Shown here: positions 40,201 to 53,072 of the stretch, piece by piece
Numbering within the stretch: position 1 is the first letter of the stretch
Layout of the letters: each line of letters begins with the position of its first letter
Origin: Stegostoma tigrinum
Taxonomy: Eukaryota
Length of the DNA stretch: 64,000 nucleotides
Assembly: GCF_030684315.1 (NCBI RefSeq)
Contig: NC_081362.1
Location: 96,021,187-96,085,186 of the forward strand
Reading direction: 5' to 3'
The notes under the pieces: model-generated
The model's input: only the letters and a program-made list of their open reading frames with translations
Database searches by the model: none
Told to the model about the DNA's origin: nothing
Position numbers and translations under genes: made by a program

Positions 40201-43200
40201 TGATCTACCGGCCCCACAGCAGGAACCACAGTGTTGAAGAAAGTATATAAAAAGAAATGTTTGGTGTCTGTGATAAAGGGAATAGATCATGAGTGATTTA
40301 AATCTACATATAAACTGGAAAAATCAGATTGACAATAATAGCCTGGATGCAGAGTTCACAGGATGCTTTGGAGAGTGATTCTACAACATGCTGCTGTCAG
40401 AAACTATCAGATAGTAGGTTATATTAGAGTTGGTATCATGAAGTGTGACAGGATTAATGACTTCAGAGCGTACTGTACTTGGATTTCCAGAAAACATTTT
40501 ATAAAGTGTTACATCAAGGATTACTGAAGCAGATAAAATCTCATGTGCCAGTGTAGATAGAAGATTGGCTGGCTGGTTGAAAACAGAGGGAATACAGAAA
40601 AGAGTTTCTTTACAATCAGCAGGAGGTGATAGGTGGAACCCCACAACAGTCTGATCTGGGGCCTCAACTTACACCAAGATACGAGGAGAGAGGGCATGTT
40701 GGCTAAATTCACAGCCAATTCAAGTTAGGTTGAAAATTGTGTTGTGAAGATATCAAAAGGAGTTGTGGATGGATAGTGATAGGATTTTGTCAGATGGACT
40801 ACAATGCAGAAAAATGTGAAGTTGCTGTATTTTACAGGAAGAGTAGAGAAGCAGGGCATTAATTTAAAGGTGAACAACTGCAGAATTCCAAAGTGTGGAG
40901 GGATCTAGATTTTCAGGTGTGAGTTGCAAAGTATTAGGATACAGATGTAGCATGTTGTCAAGAAAGCTAATGGGATGCTAACTTTTATTTTTGAGAAGAA
41001 TTGAACACTAAAGGAAAGTATATTGTGTTGCAATTATCCAGGGCATTAGTGAGAACACATCCCAAATACTGTGTGTAGTGTTGATTGCCTGATTGAAGGA
41101 AGGATGTAAATGTATTGGAAGTGGCTGAAAGAAAGCTAATTAGATTAACATCTTGAATGAGTGGGTTATTTGATGAGGAAAGGTTGGACAGACTGAGTTT
41201 GTGTCCCCTGAAGTTTAGAAGAGTGAGGGGCGTCTTGATTGAAGTGTATCAGATCCTTTATGGCTTTGATAAGGCGGATGTGGAAAGGGTGCTTCCTCTT
41301 GTTGGTGAGCCCAGAGCCAGGGGACACTGTTTATATTTAGTGACTGACCTCTTAGGACAGAGATGAGGAGATGTTTTGTTTCTCTCAGAGGGTGTTGCAA
41401 ATTTGGAATGCTATGCATCAAAAGGCCATGGGGGTGGGACTTTTTTAAGGCATAGGTGGATCAAATGCTATTGGGACAAATGGAATTCTCAACAAAGCGA
41501 TCAACTATGACCATTTTGAAGGCAGAGCAGATTAGATGGTCCAACGGCTCTATTTATACTCTTTACTTTACATGTTCATAGTGTCCGGTGCCCTCCTCTC
41601 TATTACCCTCTTGACCTATCGCCCTGACACCCGACCCGACACCTCTAGCAAGCCCCACCTCAAACCCCTTTCACTCACCCTCCATTATCCTGCCCCTCCG
41701 CACACCCAGAGTACAATGAGGAAAACTCAAGTCCTTTATCCACCAGTGATGAACATAATTCCGATAAACTCCACATGGGAAAGGGATTGAGTAGATCCAG
41801 AGCTCTCTCTGAGTGAGTAACATCCGTTGTATTGACATTAACCAAGCTGGCCCAGTCCTGAAGCATAATCCTCTTAGCCTGGGCTTGAGGTGACAAACTT
41901 TTCTAACACCTTGATGGCAGCAACGTATTCAAAAGCAGCTCACAGGAGTGCTTACCAACCTGCATTTGACACTGAGTCACTGAAGGAGATGTCAGGACAA
42001 GTGACATACATTGTAACTTTGGGGTGGTTAGATGTGGGGTTGTTGATGTTGACTCTGGGCTGGGAGGGGTGGAATTTGCTAGTGAAGCTGAAATATTTGG
42101 AAGCTGACTGATCGGGGAAGAGACATGAAGATTTCCCAGGGAGACTGACCACAGGATCTCTCCTCCAGCACTGAGTCCCCACTTAGACAGGAAACCAGAT
42201 ATTCCAGGACAAATTATGAGGGCTGCCAATCATCTGAGACATATCGGACCCTAGAACATAGAAATGTTCAGCTCCACAGCCTGTTCCACAATCTGATAAG
42301 TTAATTGCTGATCTCATTATGACCTTGACGCTACTTTCATATCTGCCACCCCAATCACCAATAAATCTTGCCTCCCCTGTCTGTCAGCTTTATTCCACAT
42401 GTTGTCCCTTCCAAACCTTCTCTTCCTCGTACATACTTACAGGAGTCATTGCCAAGGTCATGGGGTGTGAGGTAGGTGTGGGTCGATATTGGTGAAGCTC
42501 CAAGCTGGACACAGGATTTAGAGAAGGAGCTTCACAACTTGACAGATTCCAGAAAGCAGCTCAAGGTCAATGCGAAATGAGACATCAGGCAGACACTGAC
42601 CCAGAGTCAAAAAGTGCAGCAACAACAACACAGATACCTCTCAAGCACTCCTTCAGACACAGCTTCAAGCAGAATTCCCTGGTGTGCAATTTGAAAGCTG
42701 TAAGAGCCCATTTGAAATGGGCAGCAGAGTGACAATGAGAGAAAGGACACGGAGGGGGGCAATTCACCCTGGGTTTAGCTCCCATTTTCTTAATTCTCTG
42801 GAATGTAAGACACCTGTGCAGACTTTCCACAAAACCTGATGACACTGGATGTACATTTTTTCGCTGAGCTCGAAGGTTCGTTGTCAGACGTTTCGTCATC
42901 ATTCTAGATAACATTATCAGTGAGCGTCCGGTGAAGTGCTGGTGTTATGTCCTGCTTTCTATTTATCTGTTTAGGTTTCCTTGGGTTGGTGATGTCATTT
43001 CCTGTGTTGGTGATGTCATTTGCTGTTCTTTTTCTCAGAGGGTGGTAGATGGGCTACAAATCAAAGTGTGGAGCTGGATGAACACAGCAGGCCAAGCAGC
43101 ATCTCAGGAGCACAAAAGCTGACGTTTCAGGCCTAGACCCTTCAAATCAATGTGTTTGTTGATGGAGTTCCGGTTGGAATGCCATACTTCTAGGAATTCT

Positions 43201-46200
43201 CGTGCGTGCCTCTGTTTGGCTTGTCCTAGGATGGATGTGTTGTCCCAATCAAAGTGGTGTCCTTCCTCATCTGTATGTAAGGATACTAGTGATAGTGGGT
43301 CACGTCGTTTTGTGGCTAGTTGATGTTCATGTATTCTGGTGGCTAGCTTCCTGCCAGTTTGTCCAATGTAGTGTTTGTCACAGTTCTTGACATTTGTTTT
43401 GCTTGTTGTCTGTACAGGGCTTTTTAAGTTCATGAGCTGCTGTTTTAGTGTGTTGGTGGGTTTGTGGGCTACCCTGATGCCAAGAGGTTCGAGTAGTCTG
43501 GCAGTCATCTCGGAAATGTCTTTGATGTAGGGGAGAGTGTTTATGGTTTCTGGGCATCTCGGAAATGACTGCCAGACTACTCAGACCTCTTGGCATTATG
43601 GTAGCCCACAAACCCATCAACACACTGAAACAGCAGCTAATGAACTTAAAAGATCCTATACAGACAAGCAAAACGAACGTCATCTACAAAATACTTTGCA
43701 AAAACTGTGACAAACACTACATTGGACAAACAGGCAGAAAGCTAGCCACCAGGATACATGAACATCAACTAGCCACAAAATGACATGACCCACTATCACT
43801 AGTATCCTTACATACAGATGAGGAAGGACACCACTTCTATTGGGACAACACATCCATCCTAGGACAAGCCAATCAGAGACACGCATGAGAATTCCTAGAA
43901 GCATGGCATTCCAACCGGAACTCCATCAACAAACACATTGATTTGGAGCCAATCTACCATCCTCTGAGAAACAGAACAGGAAATGACATCACCAACCCAA
44001 GGAAACCTAACCAGATAAATAGAAAGCGGGACATAACACCAGCGCTTCACCGGAGGCTCACTGATGATGTTACCTAGATTGGTGATGAAACGTCTGAAAA
44101 TAAACCTTCCAGCTCAGCGAGCAAACTTACATCCAGAACCTCAACCTGAGCTACAAATCTTCTCAAAACTTGCTAACCTGATGACACTTCAGAATCTTCT
44201 CCCACAGTATTTCAGTCAGTGAGAGAGTGTCTGACTTCAGCAATGGATGAGCAGGGTCCAAGCTCAATGCTCTGAGCTGGGAGCTGAACTGGATACATTT
44301 GAACAGATCGTTTTGAGAATGTAAAGAATGGAGATTAGATGAAGAACCAGCAGCAGCAGTAGCAGGCAGTACAAATGGATTCGGCGGACTTAGGGTCATA
44401 CAGCACAGAACTACATGCTTCAGTCCAATTCATCTGTGCTGACCAGGCATCCCAATCTGACCTAAATCCATTTGTCAGCATTTGGCCCATATCTTTCTTA
44501 AACTCTTTGTATTCAGATACCCATCCAAATGCCTTTTAAATATGCAATTTTACCAGGATCCACCACTTCCTCTGGCAGCTCATTCCATACACACGCCACG
44601 CTCTACATGAAAAAGTTTGCCCCACAGGTCATCTTTAAATCTTTCCCCTTAAGCCTATGCTCTCCAGTTTTGTACTCTCCTACCCCGAGAGAAAGAACTT
44701 GGCTATTCATCCTATTCATGCACTTCATGATGTTATAAGTCTTTTTAAAGTCACCCCTCAGCCTCTGATGCTCCAGGGAAAATATCCCCAGCCCGTTCAA
44801 TCTCTCCCTATCACTCAAAACCTCCAACCTCAGCAACATCCCTTTAATTTTTTCTGAACTCTTTCAAGTTTAACAACATCATTCCTATATCAGGGAGGCC
44901 AGAACTAAAAGCAGTATTCTAAAAGTGCTCTCACCAAAATCCCATACAGCCACAAACTAATGTCTCAATCTGAGACTCAATGCACTGAACAATGAAGGCA
45001 AGCATGTTAAATACCTTCTTCACTACCCTGTCTACCCGTGGCTCCACTTTCAAGAAATTCTACGCCTGCACCTCTAGCTCTCTTTTTTTGGCAACACTCC
45101 CTAGAACCCGATCATTAATTGTATATGTCCTGCTGTGCTTTGCCGTATCAAATTGCAACACCTTACAATTATCGAAATTAAACTTCTCCTGCCACTCCTT
45201 GGCCCATTGGCCCATCTGATCAAGGTCCAATTGTACTCTGAGATAACCTTCTTCATTGTCAACCAGATCACCAGCTTTTGTGTCAGCTGCAAATTGACTA
45301 ACCATGCCTCCAATATTCACACCTAAATCATTCTGAAAAATGACAAAAAGCAATGGGCCCATGATAGATCCTTGTGTCGCAGGCTTCCTCACCACCTTCT
45401 GTCTCCTACCTTCAAGATAATCTTGTGTCCAATTGTCTAGGTGCCCTGGAACCCACATGAATGTTGCTTACCAGGATACCATGCATAACCTTGTCCAATG
45501 CCTTGCTGAAGTCCACATTGACAACGTCTACTATTCTGTCCTCATCAGTCTTCTTTCTCACCTCCTCAAAAATGTCAAGTTAGTGGGACACAATTTTACA
45601 CATACCAAGACTCTTGAATATACCCAATCAATCCATGTCTTTCTGAATGCATGTCAATCCTGTGCCTCAGAATCCCTCCAACAATGTACCCAGAACTGAC
45701 CTCAGGCTCACTGGCCTATCAGACCCTAATTTTTTGTTATCACCTTTCTTAAATAATGGCGCCACATTAGCCAACCTCCAGTCTTCTCAATCACTTGACT
45801 GACTTGTTTGAGGAGGGTTTTGATGACAGTGTGTTTGAAGAGACTCTGGTTTCTGTGAGCTGTATCATATAGCGTGAAGTGCAGGAAGGGAGAGTTTGGA
45901 GATTACTGGCCAGCCTGCATTTATTAGACATCCCTAATTGCTCAGAGGGCAGTTAAATGTCAACCATATGGGTCTGGAGTCACATGTAGGCCAGACCAAG
46001 TAAAGATGGCAGATTCCCTTTCCCTCATGTACACTAGTGACCGAGATTGGGTTTTTTCCAAGAATTGAAAATGGAGTCATGGTCAACATTAGACTCTCAA
46101 TTACAGATTTTTATTACATTCAAATTTACCATCCGCCATGGCAGGATTTGAATCTGGGTCCCCAGAACATTACCTGGGTCTCTGGATTAACAGTGATAAT

Positions 46201-49200
46201 ACCACTAGGCCATTGTCTCCCTATTCATGAACAGGGACTGAGTCATTAGGAAATATGATGATGGTGTGGGGAGAAGACTGGGAAGATTCTGCAGTGACTG
46301 GGGATCAGGAGGGGAGACATATCAAGTTTGTGCATGAGGAGGAAGTGGCTGAACATCAGATCTTAATCTTCAAATTAGAGTAATCCATGAGATTTTCAGA
46401 TCAAGATGATTGATAACAGTTTGGGAGTTCACCCAAGGTAACATGAGCTGCTATGCTTCTCATTAAGTATTTGAGATTTTTAACAGGCTTCAGACTAGTT
46501 TTAATTTATTCTCACTTTTTCCCTTAAAAGTTGCAAATCCTCCGATTCTTCTCCAATCTCCGAGCCTGGAACGTGTCACCGAGGGTCACACTGCCCGGTT
46601 ACAGTGCACCATCAGGAACGCCGCAGTGACACGTACCGATGTTCACTGGTACTGGGAACAACCAGGGAATACCACGGAGTGGGTTTTAACACATGACGTG
46701 AGGAACATCACACAAAGGAGCCCAGGATTCACTGAGCGATTCCAGTCTTTCAGAGACTCCTCCAATAACAGCTTCATTCTGACCATCACAAACGTGCAGC
46801 CCAATGACACTGGGATCTATTATTGTAAAGTGTGGGGAGATATCAGTGGGAATGGATCCAAGCTGACTGTAACCGGTAAGTATATGAAAATTTATTTTAT
46901 GCAAAGCAGCTTCAAAATGGTGAAATCATTATCTTTACAACCCCAGTAGAGAGGAATCAGGACTGGAGATTGGGGTTTTGATGTTGTCAGCTTATTTCCG
47001 ACCCATATTCCATGGAGCTGTTACTTCTCCCTCAGAGTATGACAATGTGGAATTCATCTTCTGTAACAATGTCACCTCAGAACAGAATTGATCAGCTTCT
47101 CAAACTCAATGGAAATACTCAAAAGGAATAATTCACTTTGGCAGGTGGCAATTTATTGTCCATCCCTAGTTGTCCCTTGAGAGGATAGTGGTGAGCTGCC
47201 TTGTTGAACAGCTGCTGTCCAGGTGCTGTGGATTGACGTTAGGGAGGGAATTCCAGGGTTTTGATCCATCAACACTGAAGGAACAACAATATATTTCCAA
47301 GTCAGAATGGTGACTGTCTTGGAGGAGAACTTGCAAGAGTTGGTGTTCCCATTTATCTGCTGCCCTTAGCCATCCAGATGGATGTGTTCATGGGTTTGGA
47401 GGATGCTGTCTCAGGAGCCTTGGTGGATTTCTGCAGTGTATCTTGTAGATGGTACACACTGCTGCTACAGAGTGTTGGTGGTGGAGAGTGTGGATGTTGG
47501 TGGATGTGATGGCAATGGAGCAGGCTGCTTTGTCCTGGATAGTCTGCTACTATTCTGTCCTTCATGGCATTTCTGAATCATCTGTAAACTGAGAAGTTAC
47601 ACTTCTTATACCAAGTCAATGATATTTATTTATAATAAAAACAGAAATTGCTGGAGAAACTCAGCACGTCTGGCAACACATATAGAGAGAGAGGCAAAGT
47701 TAATGTTTCAAGCCCAACTTGCCTTGTTCAGAACCCAAAACATTAACTCTGTTTTTTCTTTCTCCACACATACTGTCAGATGTATCGGGTTTTTCCATCA
47801 CTTTCTGTTTTTATTTCAGTTTTCCAGAACCCACAGCAATTTGCATTTGTTCATCATTACAAACCTGGTCCTTGTCCCCTCTCCCTGTGAGCAGTATGAA
47901 CAATCTCTCTGAGTCTCTTTCTCTGTCCAACTATGCCTGAGGATGGGACAGCATACAGTTACAGCTCTCCACACACACACCTTGCATCACTACAGTGCAA
48001 CTCCTTTGCAAGTGATTCGCAGATTTGGAGATGTCTTATCCCAATTTTTCATGTCATTATGTTAACAATTAGATTGTTTATTCAGTAACACCTTTCACAA
48101 CCTTAGAGGGTCCCAGCATAGTTTACAACCCATGAGGTACATTGAAGTCATGAGTGGAGAAAATACACAGAAAGATCCAACAAACAAGCATTAAAATGAA
48201 TCGCCCCATCCCTGAACACTGACTGAAATCTTCTTTTGATCCTTGAATGATACCCTGGGAGTTTTTCACATCTTCCTGTCAGTACGGACTTGTTTTAACA
48301 CGACAGATCAGTGCTGGCTGTTCCAAACTCACTGTCTCTGTGCTGCTCTGGATGGTCCTAACGTCTGCTCAAACCTCAGGAGGGATGGGAATCCCATCAC
48401 CCTCCACCTCAGAGTCAGGATGCTCCCAATAAGCTTCAGCTGACAGAGTGCACCCTGTTGTACTGTTTCTGGTCCCTGACCTTAGAAAACATTGCATTAA
48501 ACAGCACGTGATGATTAAACCTTTCTGAGATTTTACTCAGATTTGAAAGGTGGAGTATTATATTTCTTTGTGTTAACCTCCGTCTGTTTTTCACACACAG
48601 ATCCATTGGCTGATCCAGTCCTCATTCAGTATCCAAGGTTCAGCAAGGTACCAGAGGGTGAAACTGTCGAGTTCCAGTGTGCCATGCACAATGCCAGTGT
48701 GAATGACACTGATGTCCACTGGCACTACCAGCAACCTGGCAGCAACAGGGAGTGGGTGATAAGCCAGTTTGAGAATGGCACCTTCACCAAGGCCCAGGGT
48801 TTCCATGATCGTGTTCATGCTTCCAGGAATGTTGGCAGTAACAGTTACATTCTGCGCCTTGTGAATGTGACTCTCAATGATAGTGCTGTGTACCACTGCA
48901 GTGTGTGGAGCTACATTTATGGAGCAGGGAGCCAGCTCAATGTAACTGGTAAGGCAATGGGAGGGAATGCTGGTAGCCTCACAGATCTGACTGGGAACTG
49001 TTCTACCTTCATACAGTAGAACAGATAGGTGGAAGCTTGTAATTTCATCCAACATGCCTCATGTCGGGGCATGAAATAGACAGTGGGAAGCTTGATTCCA
49101 GAGGGAAAATAGAAGGGTTGAATTGTGGAAATATGAGAAAGAATCGATGCTTTTTCTATCATCTATCAATCCAGCATTTATTGCTTGCCTCTTATCGTCT

Positions 49201-52200
49201 TATTGTCATTCAGTACGTGGCTGTGAGCTGCCTTTCTCCACATCGGCAGGTTTAAAGCTTTGATATCATGAGAATTTTGCTCAGCTGTTTCAGAGGGCAG
49301 GTCGGCCATAATTCTGGATTTGTATACCTGCCAGACTAAAGATTATAGATTGCTGTCCATCAATGATATTAGTGAACCTGATGCCTGCTTTTATTCAGTC
49401 ATGAGACATGGGCATCACTTGCTGGGCCAGCATTTATTTCCCATCCCTATTTGCCCCTTGAGAAGGCAATAGTGAGCTGCCTCATTGATCCACTGCAGTC
49501 CATTCCATGTCGGTAGACTCCAATACCGTTTGGGAAGGAATACCAGGATATTGACCCAGCGACACGGAAGAACAACAATATATCCCAACAAGCCAGGATT
49601 GTGAGTGGCTTGGAGGGGAACTTGGAGAGGGTGGTGACTTCTTATGTATTTGCTGCCCTTGTCCTTCTCAGTGGAAGTGGGTGTGGATTTGGAAGGTCCT
49701 GTCTAAGGAACCATGTTGAATTTGTACAGTGCACCTTGTAGACAGTACACACTGCAGAGACAGAGCGTTGGTGGTGGAGTGAGTGGACACTTAAGGTGGT
49801 GGATGGGATAATGAAGAAGTGAGCTGTGTTGTCTTGGATGCTGTTAAACTTCTTGAGTGATATTAAAGCCTTCTTTATCCGATTAAATACAGTGTTTTCC
49901 ATCATACCCATGACTTGATCCTTGTGGATAGTGGACACGCTTGGGGAAGTCAGGAGGGGAGGTTTTCCTTGGAAGGTTGCCAACCTTTCATCTGTCCTTG
50001 TAGCCACTGTTTGATTTTTTTATACTCCTTCTTCAAATCCATTATGAAGAAAAATTTGGTCTCGAAACGCCAACTCTGATTCTCAGCCCACTGATGCTGC
50101 CAGTCTTGTTGAATTTCTCCGGAGCTTTCTGTTTGATTTCAGATTTCTGGAAATCCATGGTATTTTGCTTTCACCAACATGATTAAGAGCCCATGTGCAC
50201 ATTGGTGGCATGTTGTTTAGCATTGCTGCCTCACTGCCGCATGGACCCAGTTCGATTCTACTCTCGAGTGACACGTTCCAGGCTCGGAGTTTGCACATTG
50301 TGTCCATGTCTGCATGGCCTTTCTTCATGTACTCCAGTTTCCTCCCACTGTCCAAAGATGTGCAGGTTCGGTGTGATGGACGTGCCAAATTGCCCACAGT
50401 GTCCAGGGTTATGCAGGATAAGTGGATTAGCCATGGAAAATGCAAGTTCACAGGAATTGGGTAGGGGGTAGGTCTGAATTGGATGTTCTTTGAAGGGCCG
50501 GTGTACATTTGATGGGCTGAATGGCCTCCTTCCTTATTACAAGTGTTCTCTGCTTCTCAAGACTGAGACGATTAAAAAGTTCATTTTTTTCGTCTCCAGG
50601 ACAATGCAGGATCTGCGCTCCAGATGGGGGATAACACAGTACCTGACATGGTTCCATGCTTTGGGTACAGGTTTTGTTTGAAATGTGAGCTGTACAAGCA
50701 TCTGGCTGGGAGCAGCCGTGTTATGTGGACATCCCAGGATGCAGCTGTGAGGGAACCTCCCGGCATTGAGCTGAGTGAGTTGTGAACATGAGCTCTGTTT
50801 CTCTCTCCACAGGTACTGCCAGACCTGCTGAGTTTCTCCAACATTCCCGGTTTGTACCTCACATTCTTTCAGGTTTTTGATGACACAGGAGGAGATAGTC
50901 AGACCTTTTGGGATGGCACTGCCAATGAATTTCTGTTTACCTTTCAGAAAGTTCACTGATTTCCAAAACTATTCTTGTTGGTTTTTCTCAGGTAATTACA
51001 GAGAGATTCCAATTGCAGGTGAATCTGTCAAGGAAGTCATGTGACTTATGGGTGCCATTTTGATGGGTTCTGCATGTGCATTTTAAAGACAGATTAGTTT
51101 TCTTCCTTAATTGTTTAGATTTATTTCTGTGCATTCATGACAAGGTAATGCATGCTGACTGACTTTTCAACTAAAATATTGAGGACAATTTTCAGATTGC
51201 AGTCTAGTTTGTACATTGTTTATATTCTTGCCTTAAAGTTGCAAATCCCCCAGTCCTTCTCCAGTCTCCGAGCCTGGAACGTGTCACTGAGGGTCACACT
51301 GCCCGGTTACAGTGCACCATGAGGAATGCTGCAGTGACACACACCGATATTCACTGGTACCAGGAGCAACTGGGGAACAACAAAACATGGGTTTTAACAC
51401 ATGACGTGAGGAACAACACACAATGGAGCCCAGGATTGACTGAGCGATTCCAGTCTTCCAGAGACCCCTCCAATAACAGCTTCATTCTGACCATCACAAA
51501 TGTGCAGCCAAATGACACTGGGGTCTATTACTGTAAAGTGTGGGGAGATATCAATGGGAATGGAACCCTGCTGTCTGTAATGGGTAAGTCCTGTTTACAT
51601 GATACTGACTGACTTCTGATTGTGTGGCGGATGGAGAGGCTGGGATGGGGATCATTAAATCATATTTACTTTAAACTTCTAATTCATGGCTTAATTTTTA
51701 TTTAAATTCTCAAAAAGAATCTTTTTTCACTTGAGCTTTACAGTGTTTACAACAGATTTAATCAGCAATTGTCAATCACTCTTTCTACTCTTTTGGGGGA
51801 GATTTCTGACTGGCTGATTGTTGGTGGAATATTCCAAATTATTATTTGCCAAATGAAAATCTCCAGAGCCCAGTGATCCCCTTCTCATTTATTGGGGTGG
51901 GTGTGATGAGCCCATTTGTCTGTTGAGGGGACACTTACCAGGAAGGAGCAGTGTAGGCTGTGTCTCTTCATGCATATCTGACAGAGGGTTTTGAACTGAG
52001 GCTTCCTGAGGGAGGGAGCCAGCTGGTTCAGAGACTCTGGCCAATTCTCAACCTGTTCAGCAAGGCCCACTCTCAGTGCGGCTGCTTCAAGACAGCCACT
52101 TGACAGATGGTCTTTGTCACAAGGGGAGAATGTGTCAGTGATAACCCACAGTCTCCCATTCCTTGATCTGAAGGATGTCTTGTTGGTGAACCTTGCTGAG

Positions 52201-53018
52201 CAATGTTGCTCCGCACAGAGCATTCAGATGGAGGGGGAGAACGGAGTGGGTCATTGTAGAGTGGAGAAGGGAGGGGCAGCATGGATCACTGCAGGTTTTC
52301 AGCATTCACCACATGTGTGGGGAAGAGGGAAAGATGTTTGTGAGCAGACAAAGCTGGGGGTGCCTTTTGGCTAGAAGGTTCCAGTTGTGAACCACATTGT
52401 TACCTTCAATTAAGTGTCAGTGAGACTTGGGAGCGGATGCAGAGTATCAGACAGGTGCCCAGTCGCCCGCTGTGGAGGTCACATCCCCCGTCACTGCTAT
52501 ACTTACAGACGCTCAATTTAATCCTCACTCCCACTGTGATCTCAACCTCAAACACTGTTTCAATGAAACTCAACATGAGCTCATGTTTGACCTGGGATTT
52601 TACAATTTTGCAAACTCAGTTCTAACTTCATGAAATTCAGATTGTCTTCACTGATGGTTTCTCCCTCAATCTGGGTCCTTGGTTTGCTGTGACTCATTCG
52701 ATCTCACCAATCTTCCACTCAATCACAGAGCTTTCCTTATGTTCTATCTCCACTCTGCCCAGACATTCCCTCTCACATAACTTGCTTCAAAGCGGTTACC
52801 ACTTTCAGAGTAAACTCTTGCTAGTCTCCATCCAGACCCAGCCCCTCCCTATGTATGCTCTCCCCTCCTGGAAGAGCGCTGCAGCTGATTGAGAATCTAA
52901 TAAGTTTCAGATCTGAGAGCTCACTATGGAATTAACAGGAGCATTTTGGCTAAACAAACAGTCGCAGATCCTAACAGCTGGTGGGCTCAGAGAGAGAAAG
53001 AGAGAGAGACAGAGAGAC

Positions 53019-53072
<54 letters not shown>

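Noticed and set aside
48543-48600. Apparent signal peptide MKGGVLYFFVLTSVCFSHT in the ORF track before V3
   Set aside because: It starts at TTG rather than ATG and is the translated polypyrimidine tract/acceptor of the V3 exon.
37993-51583. Rearranging Ig/TCR locus or germline-joined Ig light-chain cluster
   Set aside because: No RSS. V2-V4 have no leader exons of their own and begin with linker sequences. No C1 exon was found. The exons splice in series to a TM and an ITIM tail.
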